64,000 nt of DNA from Candidatus Bathyarchaeota archaeon (GCA_963775895.1 CAVZKL010000009.1:40844-104843), one strand, 5' to 3'; counted from the first letter of the stretch, positions 10,657-21,717 are shown. Numbers and translations are program-made. Notes: a model not told the origin generated them from the sequence alone.

Positions 10657-12492
10657 CTACAGCGAAAGCTTCACCCTTCCACTGAGTTCTCTTGCCACAT
10701 CCTCCAACCCTAGTTTCGTCAACGTTGACCCTGAAGGTATCCCACGTTCATCCCATCCTCGTTTTTGATAATATGCCTGTAACATATTGGTAAATTGGGC
10801 TTTGTCGAGTTTCTTGCCTTTCAACGGTCCTTGGGTCAAGGGCTCCTCAAACCAGCGCGCAGGAGGAAGGTCCATTTCAGCGCTCCATTTGCTGCCAAAT
10901 TCGCGGACCCAGAAAGCCCTGATTAGGTTGAAGACTCGGTCGGCGATCAAGTCCAGAGTCTTCCAAGGCATTTCCACTCCTGTCACTGCACGCAAGAACT
11001 TTGGGTACCACTCAAGCTCAAACCCCACTTCGATCCACGGTAACCGACAAACCGTTAAACATTCGAAAACTCCTCCGCGGATGCGTTGCAACTCGATGAC
11101 TTTGTCAACCTTCTCGGTCGTGTATCCTTCTCTGCCGGTTTTCACTTCCCAGGAAATCACCCATGCGTCTTTGTGATGAGCGCCGATGGAAGATGTCGCG
11201 TAGGCGAGAGCCATGGCGGGTGTTGTGTGACAATCGTACGCCGAAGTTTCCAGACCTTTAACATGCATGGCCCACCGATCCGATCCGTTCCCTATTTCTT
11301 GTGAAGCCGCATAGACTCCATCGGCTAGCATATTGCCCAAGTAGCCTTTCCGGTGCGCAATGTCCGTGATTAGGGCCCTGGTTGCTTTGTATTTGCCCCA
11401 CGGCAACCTTTCTTTGATAAGTCCCTTTTCAGATGCTTCCATGGCGAAGCCAAGAACGTTGCCTAACGAGATGGCGTCCAAACCGTACTCGTCAGCCACT
11501 CTGTTTAGTGCCGCGACACTCTTGAGGTTGCCCAATCCGATGTTTGATCCAAGCATGGCGACGTTTTCATAATCAAGTTCGGACTCCTTTCTGTCTGAAT
11601 CTTTGACGACGTTGCCGCAGGTCATGTTGCACATGGGGCAACCACGGTTGGAGACTTTCATTTTCTCCATGGCAAAGCCTCCTATGCCGTTTGCCTTTTT
11701 GAAAACTCCCTCGCGGTAGTTGCACGTTGGAAGCACACTGTTCTCTTGACTCCATTCGATCGTACTCATCGTGCCTTGACGTTTCCAGAAAACATAGTTA
11801 GGCTTCGCGAGAACTTCTCTGTACGCTTCATCTCCGAGATCCTTGATTTCCTTAGCATCGGCAGATGGCAACTCGTTAGAGCCGATAAAAATCACCGCCT
11901 TCAGGTTCTTGGAGCCCATGACGGCGCCCATGCCAGGTCTACCTCCAGCGCGGCCTTCTTGGGAAACGATATTAGCGTATTTCACGAGGTTTTCTCCAGC
12001 TTGGCCTATGCATAGAATGCCTGCCATCCGCCCGTAGGGCTCCGCGAGTTTTCTTTCGGTCTCAAAAGAGTTGGCACCCCACAATTCCCTCGCGTCAAAG
12101 AAGTCTGCGGCATCATCCCGAATCAGTAGAACTATCGGGTTTTTGGCCTTGCCTTCAACGACAACGGCGTCATATCCAGCTTTGCGCATTTGAACGGAGG
12201 CGAGGGTGCCTATGTTTCCGTCTCCGTAACCCCAAGTCAGTGGGCTCTTGGCAGCTACGATTAGTTTGCCACTGCTTGGAAGTGCAAAGCCTGTTAGTGG
12301 TCCTGCAGCAAAGACGAGTCGATTTTCAGGCGAAAGTGGGTCCACCCCAGGTTTGAGTTCATCCCAAAGGATTTTGGCGGCGAACCCTCTGCCCCCCAGA
12401 AAATTCTTTGCCATTTTGGCGTCGTACTTGTCTGCGACCGCTTTTTCTTTGCTGAGGTTCACGTGCAAAATTCTTCCGTTCCAACCGAACAT
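10657..12492 (-). CDS. Tungsten-dependent aldehyde:ferredoxin oxidoreductase family protein
   Basis: MFGWNG, GGRGFA, KSPLT, GAVMGSKNLKAV, CPMCNMTC, DEYGLDAIS, RGWDERGIP motifs. Confidence 0.92.
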   Translation of the reverse strand: MFGWNGRILHVNLSKEKAVADKYDAKMAKNFLGGRGFAAKILWDELKPGVDPLSPENRLVFAAGPLTGFALPSSGKLIVAAKSPLTWGYGDGNIGTLASVQMRKAGYDAVVVEGKAKNPIVLLIRDDAADFFDARELWGANSFETERKLAEPYGRMAGILCIGQAGENLVKYANIVSQEGRAGGRPGMGAVMGSKNLKAVIFIGSNELPSADAKEIKDLGDEAYREVLAKPNYVFWKRQGTMSTIEWSQENSVLPTCNYREGVFKKANGIGGFAMEKMKVSNRGCPMCNMTCGNVVKDSDRKESELDYENVAMLGSNIGLGNLKSVAALNRVADEYGLDAISLGNVLGFAMEASEKGLIKERLPWGKYKATRALITDIAHRKGYLGNMLADGVYAASQEIGNGSDRWAMHVKGLETSAYDCHTTPAMALAYATSSIGAHHKDAWVISWEVKTGREGYTTEKVDKVIELQRIRGGVFECLTVCRLPWIEVGFELEWYPKFLRAVTGVEMPWKTLDLIADRVFNLIRAFWVREFGSKWSAEMDLPPARWFEEPLTQGPLKGKKLDKAQFTNMLQAYYQKRGWDERGIPSGSTLTKLGLEDVARELSGRVKLSL

Positions 12493-12563
12493 GTCGTTTA
12501 CCTTCCTGAAAATCAGTTTGTGAATATATTCAGTTGACGGCAGATAAGGCTAACCCTTTGCCG

Positions 12564-13850
12564 TTAGATCACCAGTTTTTCTGGTTCTACGTTTCTGTTC
12601 TTCAGCCCCAAGTCGGTGACTTTGAATTTCTTGTCGCCGTAAAGATAGGCATATTCTTCTCCCCTGTAAAGGGCTGCCGCTATTCTCCCAATTGCGTCAG
12701 CTTTGAGTATTCCACTTCCACTGGCACCGCCAGCAACCATGACGCCGTTCTCTTCAAAAATCAACGGTTGACCGTCGATGCTATTGATTTCATACAGCCC
12801 TGCAAAAGCTGAAAAAGGTTGGCTGCCAGTGAATTGAGGGAAGTACTTCACCATGACCTGGTAAAGGCCATACGTGTAGTAGTTTTCTTCAGGTTCAGGT
12901 TCATCCTCGATCTTGAAGGCACGGGGAAACTCGTCAGCATAAGCAAGCCACAAGGCGTCTTCTTCAGGTGCTGGACGAATGTAAGCCGTGGGCTTTGGAA
13001 GAATCGTGAATGGTAGACATCCCGCTTTGCTGAACTCCCTGCAGAAGAGCAACTTCCTCAGTTCATCAGTCTTCGCTTTGATGGAGAATATCTGCCTCTT
13101 TTTCGCCTTGATAAAACATTCAACACCAACTGGGTCCAAAAGTTGGGAAGCCCATGCCCCCGTTGCAACTATCGTCTTCTTGGCTTTTATCGGGCCCTTT
13201 GCAGTTTCTACCCCCGTGACGGATGCGTCTTGCCAGAAGTACGGTTCGCCAGGCATTCCTAAAGGTTGACGAGGTTCGACTATAAGTCTATTCACTTCCG
13301 TGTGGTATTGTATTTTTCCACCGAGTTTGAGAAACTCGGACTCATAGAATTTGACGAGCGAATCAACATCGATCAAGCCTGCCTTTGGGATTAATACCCC
13401 TTTGTGAACGCCGCCCAAACCCATCATTTTGGCTTCATCATCATTCTCGAAATCAGTCCGCATGCCAAGTTTCCCAGCCAAGTCTGCGGAATCGTATTCA
13501 ACGTAATTGAAGCCTCTGCCCGCCAGTTCTTTCAAGACTGGAAGCATCCTACGGTAGCCGTCTTGATCAAAAAACCACAGGTAACCAGCCCAGCGCAGTT
13601 TCAAGTCAAACCTCAAATCGTCCTGTACGTGACGGTAAAACTCTGCTGACGAGTCTGCAAGAGCGAAGTTTGTGCCTGAGGTGAAAAGACAACGAAAAGC
13701 AGCTGCGCTCTTCGCTGTGCTGCCCTGTCCTGCGGCGCCGAGTCGGTCGACAATCAGGATGTTGAGGTCAGGGTTTGCTTTCTTGAGGTGGTATCCTGTT
13801 GATAAACCGACTATTCCTGCGCCCACTATTGCGGCATCGACCTCTACCAT
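12564..13850 (-). CDS. FAD-dependent oxidoreductase (DAO/sarcosine oxidase family)
   Basis: IVGAGIVG Rossmann motif, GSTAKSAA, ATGAW, GASGSGILKADAIGR; start taken at the ATG at 13850. Confidence 0.85.
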   Translation of the reverse strand: MVEVDAAIVGAGIVGLSTGYHLKKANPDLNILIVDRLGAAGQGSTAKSAAAFRCLFTSGTNFALADSSAEFYRHVQDDLRFDLKLRWAGYLWFFDQDGYRRMLPVLKELAGRGFNYVEYDSADLAGKLGMRTDFENDDEAKMMGLGGVHKGVLIPKAGLIDVDSLVKFYESEFLKLGGKIQYHTEVNRLIVEPRQPLGMPGEPYFWQDASVTGVETAKGPIKAKKTIVATGAWASQLLDPVGVECFIKAKKRQIFSIKAKTDELRKLLFCREFSKAGCLPFTILPKPTAYIRPAPEEDALWLAYADEFPRAFKIEDEPEPEENYYTYGLYQVMVKYFPQFTGSQPFSAFAGLYEINSIDGQPLIFEENGVMVAGGASGSGILKADAIGRIAAALYRGEEYAYLYGDKKFKVTDLGLKNRNVEPEKLVI

Positions 13851-14120
13851 AGGAAACCCATCGAATTTTGAATTCAAATATTGAAAACGTACGAGATTTA
13901 AACTTAGCTGTCTCGTTGCTATGAAAAGCATTTGAAGCAAACCATGGCTTCATACCAGAAGATTATGAATCATGAGTTATTCAGCGACGTTGGAATGGTT
14001 TGAACCCTTTTCCCCATAACACCCATCGTGAAGGGAGGACAGTCTCGTTCTGAAATGCTTATTTACCCCTGAGAAATATGTTCTACAACAAACGTTCAAA
14101 ATTGAAGGAGCAATTTGCAC

Positions 14121-15746
14121 ATGAAACGTCGAACCCTGGCAGTTTCCACCGTTTTTACAATCATCTTGATCTTGATTGCCGCCATAGTAGGCGCAATAAT
14201 ATCTTATGGATGGACCATGTCATCTTTCTTTCTGGAACCTGAGAAAGTCATCGACGTGACTATCACTGATCTGAATTTTCAGGTGAGCAACGCGAGACAC
14301 TTTGGCGTAACGATCATGAACCCTTCTCACTCTGTCTCTGACACGAACATAACAGAGATCTACGCGACGGCAACGGGATTGAACACGACGGTCGCGTCAG
14401 CCACCGACCCGGCACTCCCATTCATTCTCGCGCGGGGTACGGTTCAGACCTTTAACTGTTCACTGGTGTGGGGGGACGCCGCTGGCCAGGTTATAACTGT
14501 GCACGCGTTAACGAGCAATGATACGGAAGCCATACGCTCGGTGCAGACACAAAGCGTCCGACTAGTGATGAGCGCAGTTTTCAACGCGTCGGAAAGCGTC
14601 AACTACTTCAACGTAAGCGTCACGAGCGTGAACGCACCCATCGACCTCACTCTGAACCGAGTGTTGTTCGACTTCAACGCCGTGAACAACACGAACTTGA
14701 ATTTTATTACTCTTCCCCAGGTGATTCATTCAAATGAAACGATAAACTTCACCTGCAACGTTGCGTGGGAAGGATACGTGAACCCAGTTCTGAGAGTGGA
14801 GACTGAAGAGGGCTATGCGGTTCAAATAACAACGGAGGCGAATGCAATCGTTAGCCTGCAAGTTGCTGGAATCAGCTTCAACGCTACGAACACCAATGAA
14901 GTTGACGTGACGCTGTTCAATTCGAATGAATCAACCAACAGTGTAGACGTTTCAAACATGACATTTTCATATGATAACAGCACTTTCGTAATAAACGGAA
15001 GTCTTTCAAACCCGACCTTACCAGCAACGATTGGCATAAATCAATCAGTTGTTTTTGCGTGCAAGTGGGATTGGAGCAACTTGCGTAATATGACCGTAAC
15101 GGTGAACGCCTACACCTTGCAAGGATTCGTCGGCGTCTCCAACACCACGGTAACGCCTCTAAGCGTGGCCGCAAACATAACAGCTGTGAATTTCGATTTG
15201 AGCGACACAGGAATTTTCTCAGTCAACGTGACCAATATGCCCTACTCGCTCAGCGCCGTCAATGTTACCAGCATCTATATCAACCAAGCTAATGCCAGCT
15301 TCAATCCAACGACGTTAAGCGCAGGACAGCAAGCCACAGTAGCGTGCAACTATAACTGGTCAGGCTTTATAGGACAAGACGCGAGAATAACAGTCTACTT
15401 CAATTCCGACTCAAACGGATTCTCAGAGGTCTACAATTTCCACATCCCGTACATCAAAGTCACAGGCGCAACCTTCTTGTCCAATTCAGACAACAGCTTC
15501 TACGTGAATGTCACCGTCCACAACAGCGAGTTTTCCAAGGTCAACGCCACGATCACAACCGTGCAAGTCAGTACGAATAACACAACAGTTCCAATCACTG
15601 GAGTCACAGGATACACGATCAACGTGGGATCAGATATTGCAATAGTCTGTCCGTGGTATTGGAAGCAGTATTCGACCCAAAACATAACTGTGACCGTTTA
15701 CACTGCGGACGGAACAGTAGCGTCAGCAACCTTTGAAGTCCCGTAG
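14121..15746 (+). CDS. Membrane-anchored or secreted beta-rich glycoprotein with a pilin-like N-terminus
   Basis: Basic N-terminus plus hydrophobic helix; many N-x-S/T sequons; about five internal repeats ending in F/V-x-C-x-x-x-W. Confidence 0.7.
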   Translation: MKRRTLAVSTVFTIILILIAAIVGAIISYGWTMSSFFLEPEKVIDVTITDLNFQVSNARHFGVTIMNPSHSVSDTNITEIYATATGLNTTVASATDPALPFILARGTVQTFNCSLVWGDAAGQVITVHALTSNDTEAIRSVQTQSVRLVMSAVFNASESVNYFNVSVTSVNAPIDLTLNRVLFDFNAVNNTNLNFITLPQVIHSNETINFTCNVAWEGYVNPVLRVETEEGYAVQITTEANAIVSLQVAGISFNATNTNEVDVTLFNSNESTNSVDVSNMTFSYDNSTFVINGSLSNPTLPATIGINQSVVFACKWDWSNLRNMTVTVNAYTLQGFVGVSNTTVTPLSVAANITAVNFDLSDTGIFSVNVTNMPYSLSAVNVTSIYINQANASFNPTTLSAGQQATVACNYNWSGFIGQDARITVYFNSDSNGFSEVYNFHIPYIKVTGATFLSNSDNSFYVNVTVHNSEFSKVNATITTVQVSTNNTTVPITGVTGYTINVGSDIAIVCPWYWKQYSTQNITVTVYTADGTVASATFEVP

Positions 15747-15804
15747 CGCATCCACAACCTTTATTTCATTTTTCGAGCCAACCACACGAAGAAGCGTGAC
15801 ACTC

Positions 15805-17010
15805 TTGACAAGCGTCAAACCTACAGAAAGAGTGCGCGAAGTTGAATATCCAATTCGTGACGTCATTCCATACGCGAAACAGGTCGCGAAAACAGGCAAG
15901 AAGATCTACTATCTAAACATCGGCGACCCAAACGCATTCGATTTTGACACGCCAATCCACATAAAACAAGCCTTAATCAAAGCAGTTCAAGAGAAAGCGA
16001 ACGCTTACTCACCTTCAGAGGGACTGCAAGAGCTCAGAGAGGCGATAAGTCAAAAAGAGAAAAGAGTCAACGATGTTGAATTCTCACCAGACGACGTCAT
16101 TGTAACCTCTGGAATTTCTGAAGGTATCCAAATGGTGATGGCAGCACTCATCAACCGTGGAGACGAAATTCTCCTTCCAGGACCGACGTACCCACCATAC
16201 ATTGCCTATGCAAAATTCTTTGGTGGAATTCCCATCACATATAGAACCGTCGAAGAAAAAGGCTGGCAACCAGACACCGACGACATTAGAAAGAAAGTGT
16301 CCAAGAAAACCCGCGCCATAACAATAATAAATCCAAACAACCCATGCGGGGCACTGTATGACGAAAAAATAGTAAGAGAAATGTCCGACATAGCCGCCGA
16401 GCACGACATCCCAATCGTTGCAGATGAAATCTACGACCGAATAGTCTTCGAGAAAAAACTCGTTAGCACAGCTCACTTGGCCAAAGACGTACCAGTTATA
16501 GGGCTAAATGGCTTCTCGAAAGTCTATCTGATGACAGGCTGGAGACTCGGCTACGTTTATTTCCACAGTTCAGATGGTCGGTTAAGAGAAATGAAGGAGT
16601 GCATAGAGAAAGAGGGCAGACTAAGACTCTGCGTAAACACGCCAGTCCAAAAAGCCGGAGTAGCCGCCTTGAATGGCCCTCAGGACCATATTGGACCAAC
16701 CGTCGAGAAAATTCGACAGAGAAGCCTTTTTGCATGGAAAAGGCTGAACGAGATTGAAGGAATCAGCTGCGCAAAACCGCAAGCAGCTTTTTACGTTTTT
16801 CCCAAGATTCACGGTGTAGGGTCGAAATGGAAGACAGATATGGAATTTGTACTCGATCTCCTGAGAGAGACGGGTGTGCTTTTTGTCCATGGATCTGGCT
16901 TCGATCCTGTTTACGGAGCTGGACACGTGAGAGGAGTTGTCCTTCCCCCGCCTGAGGATCTAACGAAGGCACTTGATGAAGTTGAAGGCTTCATGAAGAA
17001 ACATGGGTAG
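15805..17010 (+). CDS. PLP-dependent aminotransferase class I/II (alanine aminotransferase-like)
   Basis: LNIGDP, NPNNPCG, DEIYD, GFSKVYLMTGWRLGY motifs. Confidence 0.9.
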   Translation: MTSVKPTERVREVEYPIRDVIPYAKQVAKTGKKIYYLNIGDPNAFDFDTPIHIKQALIKAVQEKANAYSPSEGLQELREAISQKEKRVNDVEFSPDDVIVTSGISEGIQMVMAALINRGDEILLPGPTYPPYIAYAKFFGGIPITYRTVEEKGWQPDTDDIRKKVSKKTRAITIINPNNPCGALYDEKIVREMSDIAAEHDIPIVADEIYDRIVFEKKLVSTAHLAKDVPVIGLNGFSKVYLMTGWRLGYVYFHSSDGRLREMKECIEKEGRLRLCVNTPVQKAGVAALNGPQDHIGPTVEKIRQRSLFAWKRLNEIEGISCAKPQAAFYVFPKIHGVGSKWKTDMEFVLDLLRETGVLFVHGSGFDPVYGAGHVRGVVLPPPEDLTKALDEVEGFMKKHG

Positions 17011-17040
17011 AAATAGGCTGAAACTCTCTTAATTCTGGCG

Positions 17041-17931
17041 TTATTGATAGATGACTATTCCTTCCTTTGGGTCGCGAACGAGTTTCGTGAATTCTGCCTG
17101 CAATCGTCTTGTGATTGCACCAGGCTTGCCGTCATTTATCTGTCTCTTGTTTATTTCTCTGAGTGGTATGATTTCCGAAGCTGTTCCGGTGAAAAAGACT
17201 TCGTCAGCGTTGAAGAGCTGAAACGGAGTGATGATTGTTTCTTTCACATCATAACCCAATCGCTTTGCCAAGTCCTGAACCGCTTCCGCGGTTATGCCGC
17301 GCAACGCCCCCGTGTAGGTTGGCGGTGTGCACAGCTTCCCCTTTTTCACCATGAATATGTTCTCGGCTACTCCCTCGCACACAAAGCCGTTCTTATCAAG
17401 GACTATTGCTTCGTCTACTCCCCATATGTTCGCCTCGATCTTGGCTAGAATGCTGTTGAGGTAGTTGAGAGATTTTATTTCGTGCGACGTAGCATCAACG
17501 GGATCTCTCTTAACCCATGAAATCAGCGCGGCTATACCTTTTTCCTTGGCATCGTCGCCATGCAGCATGATCGAGTCGGTTATTATTATTATCGTCGGTT
17601 TGGGGCATCTGCGCGGGTTCAGTCCAAGGTCTCCTTTGCCTCTTGTGACCACAAGACGAATGTAGGCATCTTTCAGTTTGTTTCTGCGCAGGGTTTCAAG
17701 CGTTCTCTGTATCATTTCCTCTCTACTAATGGGGATTTGAAGCATTATCATGTGAGCTGAACTGTAAAGTCTGTCTATGTGTTCCTTTAACCTGAAAACC
17801 ACTCCGTTGTAGGCGCGGATGCCTTCGAATATGCCATCACCATAGAGTAGACCATGATCGAAAACTGAAATCTTCGCTTCAGACTTTGGATAGAAGTTTT
17901 CATCTATATAGACCTGCAGCTCGCTGTCCAA
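17041..17931 (-). CDS. ilvE: Branched-chain amino acid aminotransferase
   Basis: DHGLLYGDGIFEGIRAY, KSLNYLN, EGVAENIF, LRGIT, TGTASEI motifs. Confidence 0.92.
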   Translation of the reverse strand: MDSELQVYIDENFYPKSEAKISVFDHGLLYGDGIFEGIRAYNGVVFRLKEHIDRLYSSAHMIMLQIPISREEMIQRTLETLRRNKLKDAYIRLVVTRGKGDLGLNPRRCPKPTIIIITDSIMLHGDDAKEKGIAALISWVKRDPVDATSHEIKSLNYLNSILAKIEANIWGVDEAIVLDKNGFVCEGVAENIFMVKKGKLCTPPTYTGALRGITAEAVQDLAKRLGYDVKETIITPFQLFNADEVFFTGTASEIIPLREINKRQINDGKPGAITRRLQAEFTKLVRDPKEGIVIYQ

Positions 17932-18016
17932 ATTGTTCCCTCCTGAAACGCGAATTTAGTCTAAGAAGTCAAGGTTTCATATATCTTTTGGAAAGACCCA
18001 CCAGTTCTCACCGTCA

Positions 18017-19888
18017 CTAACCGTAGAATTGAGGTCTTTTCGACAGATATTTAGGTAAAGGCAGAGGTCTGAACGGTTTGCTTTTGACTGTCTTTTCAAC
18101 TTCAGACACAAAGTCCGCCAACTTGAGCCTGCGCAGTTCTCCAGTTGAACGGTCCCGTACAGGAAGCACTCCGGATTCAAGTTCTTTCTGACCTACAACG
18201 ATTACGCATGGAACCCATTCCATTTCGGCCTCCCGCACTTTCTTCTGCAGTGTGAGCGTGCGATCGTCAATGTCTACGCGTATGTGATGTGCTTCTATCT
18301 GTTCGGCGATTTTCTCTACTTCTTTGAGAAAGCTGTCGGACACGGGGACGAGACGGACCTGCGTGGGAGAGAGCCAAAAGGGAAGCATTGGCGGTTTGCC
18401 TTTTTTCTGCATCTTGTAGGCTTTTTCCAACAACGCGTAAACGTCTCTTTCGATAGCTCCGCTTGGGGAACAATGCAGTATGAGCGGATATTGCTTCTCT
18501 CCTTTCTCGTCAACAAACGTTATCCCATATCTCCTGGCGTTCTCAACGTCAATCTGATCTGTTGAAAGAGCCGCAGCCTTGTCCTGATTGTCGACGTAGT
18601 TCATGTCCCACTTCATCACGTAGTAGAAGAAACGTTCGTTCCACATTTCGACCAACATGGGCTTAGCGAAAATCTTTGCCAAGGAGGCTATGAACTTCTT
18701 GTTTTCTTCATAGAAATCCTTGGTGAATCTGATCCCCACTTCAAAGTCGTCTTTGTTGAGTCCAATCTCTTCCAGGATTTTCGTGCTCAGTTTAAACCGA
18801 ACCTCGAACTCCTTCTTTGCTTGTCGTAAGTCTTCGCAGAACGCGTGGCAGTCAGGCATGCTGAATGCTCTGAGTCGCCTCAGACCCACAACTTCACCGC
18901 TTTTTTCTTTCCTGAAACTGTACCGGGTTAACTCGTAGACTTTCATGGGTAATTGCTTGTAGGAGAACTGAGCATCATGCACCATCAAGAATTGTCCGAA
19001 GCACGCGGCGAACCTCAGGAAGAGCTCCTTATCCTCGGATTTCAGCAAGTATTGTCTGGCTGGGAAACGGTTCAGGTAATCTGCCAAGCTTGGGTGCTGA
19101 AAATCATACATCACTGGAGTCTCGACTTCCATGGCCCCATACTCGTTCATCTTCGCACTGACAAAAGTCTCAAGTAGAGCCTTGATGAGGCGCCCCTTTG
19201 GGTACCAACGGATGTTGCCTGGATCGCTTCCAAGCTCGTAATCCGCGATTTCCAGCTTCTTCATAAGTGTTACGTGAGGAGGCATCTGCTGGCTCGCTCT
19301 CACCTTGGATATCTCGTATCTAGAAAACTTTTGCAGATTCTCGTGCCCTTTGAATTTGAACTCCTCCACCGGCACGAGTTTTCCGTCTGTCTGTAGAATG
19401 TACCAGTAGGATCTGAGCTTCTCCTCAGCCTTCACCGCTTCGGAAATCTTTTCTTCATCCTTCTTCGCCTTACTGGTTGTTGGTAGAATTTCACGTGACT
19501 GTTCCGCGAGAGGATGCCCCTTAACCGAGATCGCAAATTGCTTGTTCCACCCGAAAGGCGCACGGTGTGTTTCTATGCCTTTCTCGGACGCGTAAGATTC
19601 CATCGCTTTCACGATCTTCAGTGCTTCTGAAGGCTTTGCCAACTTGCTGCTCAAGTGAGCGTAGGGGTAGATTAGAATGCGGTTTACTCCAAGTTTTCCG
19701 AGGAAGGCTTGGACCTCGTCAATTGCCTTCTGTCCGACTGATATATCGTCGCCTTCTTCTACGGCTGTGAAGAGCACGATCAGTTCCTCTAGACGATTCT
19801 CTCTCTTGTCTGCTTCCTCAGCGAGCGCAATCTCCTTTTCAACTGGTTTGTACACGATGAAATTAGAATGCAACTGTAAAATTCTCAT
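18017..19888 (-). CDS. thrS: Threonine--tRNA ligase with archaeal editing domain
   Basis: MRILQLHS, YPYAHLS, LRFAACFGQF, MPDCH, LHCSPSGAIER motifs. Confidence 0.95.
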   Translation of the reverse strand: MRILQLHSNFIVYKPVEKEIALAEEADKRENRLEELIVLFTAVEEGDDISVGQKAIDEVQAFLGKLGVNRILIYPYAHLSSKLAKPSEALKIVKAMESYASEKGIETHRAPFGWNKQFAISVKGHPLAEQSREILPTTSKAKKDEEKISEAVKAEEKLRSYWYILQTDGKLVPVEEFKFKGHENLQKFSRYEISKVRASQQMPPHVTLMKKLEIADYELGSDPGNIRWYPKGRLIKALLETFVSAKMNEYGAMEVETPVMYDFQHPSLADYLNRFPARQYLLKSEDKELFLRFAACFGQFLMVHDAQFSYKQLPMKVYELTRYSFRKEKSGEVVGLRRLRAFSMPDCHAFCEDLRQAKKEFEVRFKLSTKILEEIGLNKDDFEVGIRFTKDFYEENKKFIASLAKIFAKPMLVEMWNERFFYYVMKWDMNYVDNQDKAAALSTDQIDVENARRYGITFVDEKGEKQYPLILHCSPSGAIERDVYALLEKAYKMQKKGKPPMLPFWLSPTQVRLVPVSDSFLKEVEKIAEQIEAHHIRVDIDDRTLTLQKKVREAEMEWVPCVIVVGQKELESGVLPVRDRSTGELRRLKLADFVSEVEKTVKSKPFRPLPLPKYLSKRPQFYG

Positions 19889-19909
19889 CGACTATGCTCC
19901 TCCCAATGC

Positions 19910-20116
19910 TTAGGCGCTGTACCGCCACTTCTCAAGTTGCTTGTCTTTTTTCGTTTTCTTCTTGTACTCCTTGTAATGTTCCTTGCACAAGTATGCGTGT
20001 CTTTCGTCGGTCACTTTCAACCCTGCTTTCTTTACCTTTGGAGCTGAAAGCGAGCGAACAGCACTCCCGCCGCAACCGGATATGTTGCATTTCACGCCTT
20101 TTTCTATACGTCCCAC
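19910..20116 (-). CDS. Small basic Cys/His (Zn-binding) hypothetical protein
   Basis: C-x4-C ... LCKEHY; tight spacing between the pfkB gene and thrS. Confidence 0.7.
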   Translation of the reverse strand: MGRIEKGVKCNISGCGGSAVRSLSAPKVKKAGLKVTDERHAYLCKEHYKEYKKKTKKDKQLEKWRYSA

Positions 20117-20162
20117 GTTCAGTGCCTCTCTTGAATCAAATTATGTTGCAATAGAATACACT

Positions 20163-21076
20163 TCATCCCTTAATTTCTTTTTCATACAGAACTCGAGCCC
20201 TTCGGTAAATCTCATCACCATTGCCGAAACAAGTGGGGCCCACACCTTCAACCACGAGCGAAGCAACCGCAGAACCGACGTATGAACACCAAGAGATATC
20301 CTCGCCACGAACGTATTCTGCCAGAAAACCTCCGATGAAAGCGTCTCCAGCACCAGTGGGATCAACAAGTCTTTCAGGCGTGAACGCAGGAACTTCGTGA
20401 ATCGCTCCTTCGACCGAAACAACAGCACCTTTAGCCCCCAAGGTGACTACGACGATTTTGGCACCACGATCATGAACCGCCTTGATGGCCGAGGTCAATT
20501 CAGACAACCCAGTCACAGCTTCAATTTCAACGAGTGAAGATTTGAAGATGTCAACGAGTTCTAAAATGCGCCTGTCGGTTAAGGGAACGATAGTTACGGT
20601 CCCTGCATCATCGAAACTCCTTACGAGTCCTTGTGGGTCAAGGGAAACGACTTTCCCGCAGCCTTTCAGCTCTTGGATTCCGTCAAAACCGATTTCGTGG
20701 GCTATAGATCCAACGTGAACTGCTTCAGCTTTGGGAACATGCGACAGGTCTTCAATAGTTATTGGAGAGGCCCTGCATTCTGACCGCAGAGATCGTTCTG
20801 ACAAATCAGCACTGTACTTCAGTTCAAAACGGGTCGTTTGCGAATTAACATCTTTCGTAACGTTTGACAGGTCAATGCCTTCTTGCCCAAGCCACCATCT
20901 GTAAGCCTCTGGGAAGTCACAGCCAACTTTGGAAACCACGGCGACTCGAGCACCCAGACGCCGAGCCGCAAGTGAGACATACGCGGAAGCACCGCCTAAT
21001 ACAACGAATCGGTTTTTCCTATCAGGTAGCAGAATTGAATCTATAGAAAGTGCCCCACTGACACAATGTCAAACAC
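20163..21076 (-). CDS. PfkB family carbohydrate kinase (frameshift near 21048)
   Basis: DPQG, VTLGAKG, DPTGAGDAF motifs; the N-terminus MFDIVSVGHF.SIDSI..LGGASAY is recovered across a 1-nt shift in a T run. Confidence 0.85.
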
Positions 21077-21319
21077 GCGCGTCTCTGACCTCGCCAACAA
21101 TATCAGAGCATATTGAACTTAAAACCAGCGGAATCCTCGTTTCTTAAGCTCAGAACTCCATGCTGAGTTCCTGCACTTGACAACATTTCCATTTGTTTTT
21201 CTCAGATAGATTCTGCAGATGGTTGCGCCAATTCTGTTTTCCTCGATCGCAGTTTCGAAACACAGTTCTAACGCTAATTTTGCGCAGCGACTGGTCAACT
21301 GAAAGACGCAAAAGCATTT

Positions 21320-21673
21320 TCAAAACTTTGTTTGCAAAAGAAGAATCGCTTTGGCCAGATCTCCACCGCTCTCTTCCAGCGCCCTGCGAGCCTCGTCCAA
21401 GCTCTTCCCAGTCTGGTCGGCGACAAGCCTAACGTCCTCTTCAGCTATTCCGGCCGCTTTGTGCTCAGCGGCCTTCTCAGTGACCTTGCCTCCAGTGACC
21501 TGAAAAATCTTCTGTCCCTGCACGTCAAGTATCGCAACTTCAGGTTCTTCAATCTTGATTTCCTTGCTGTTTGTTCTTATCACAACCTCTTGAACGTCGG
21601 CGACCGCATCCATACTCATGCCCATTCGTTGCATCATTCTCTTGGCTTCTCTTGGATTAACACGTCTCTGCAT
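21320..21673 (-). CDS. nac: Nascent polypeptide-associated complex protein
   Basis: NPREAKRMMQRMG N-terminus and UBA-like GDLAKAIL C-terminus. Confidence 0.9.
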   Translation of the reverse strand: MQRRVNPREAKRMMQRMGMSMDAVADVQEVVIRTNSKEIKIEEPEVAILDVQGQKIFQVTGGKVTEKAAEHKAAGIAEEDVRLVADQTGKSLDEARRALEESGGDLAKAILLLQTKF

Positions 21674-21717
21674 GATACCACCTTGACTTCAATCCTTACT
21701 ATTGAATACTCATATAC

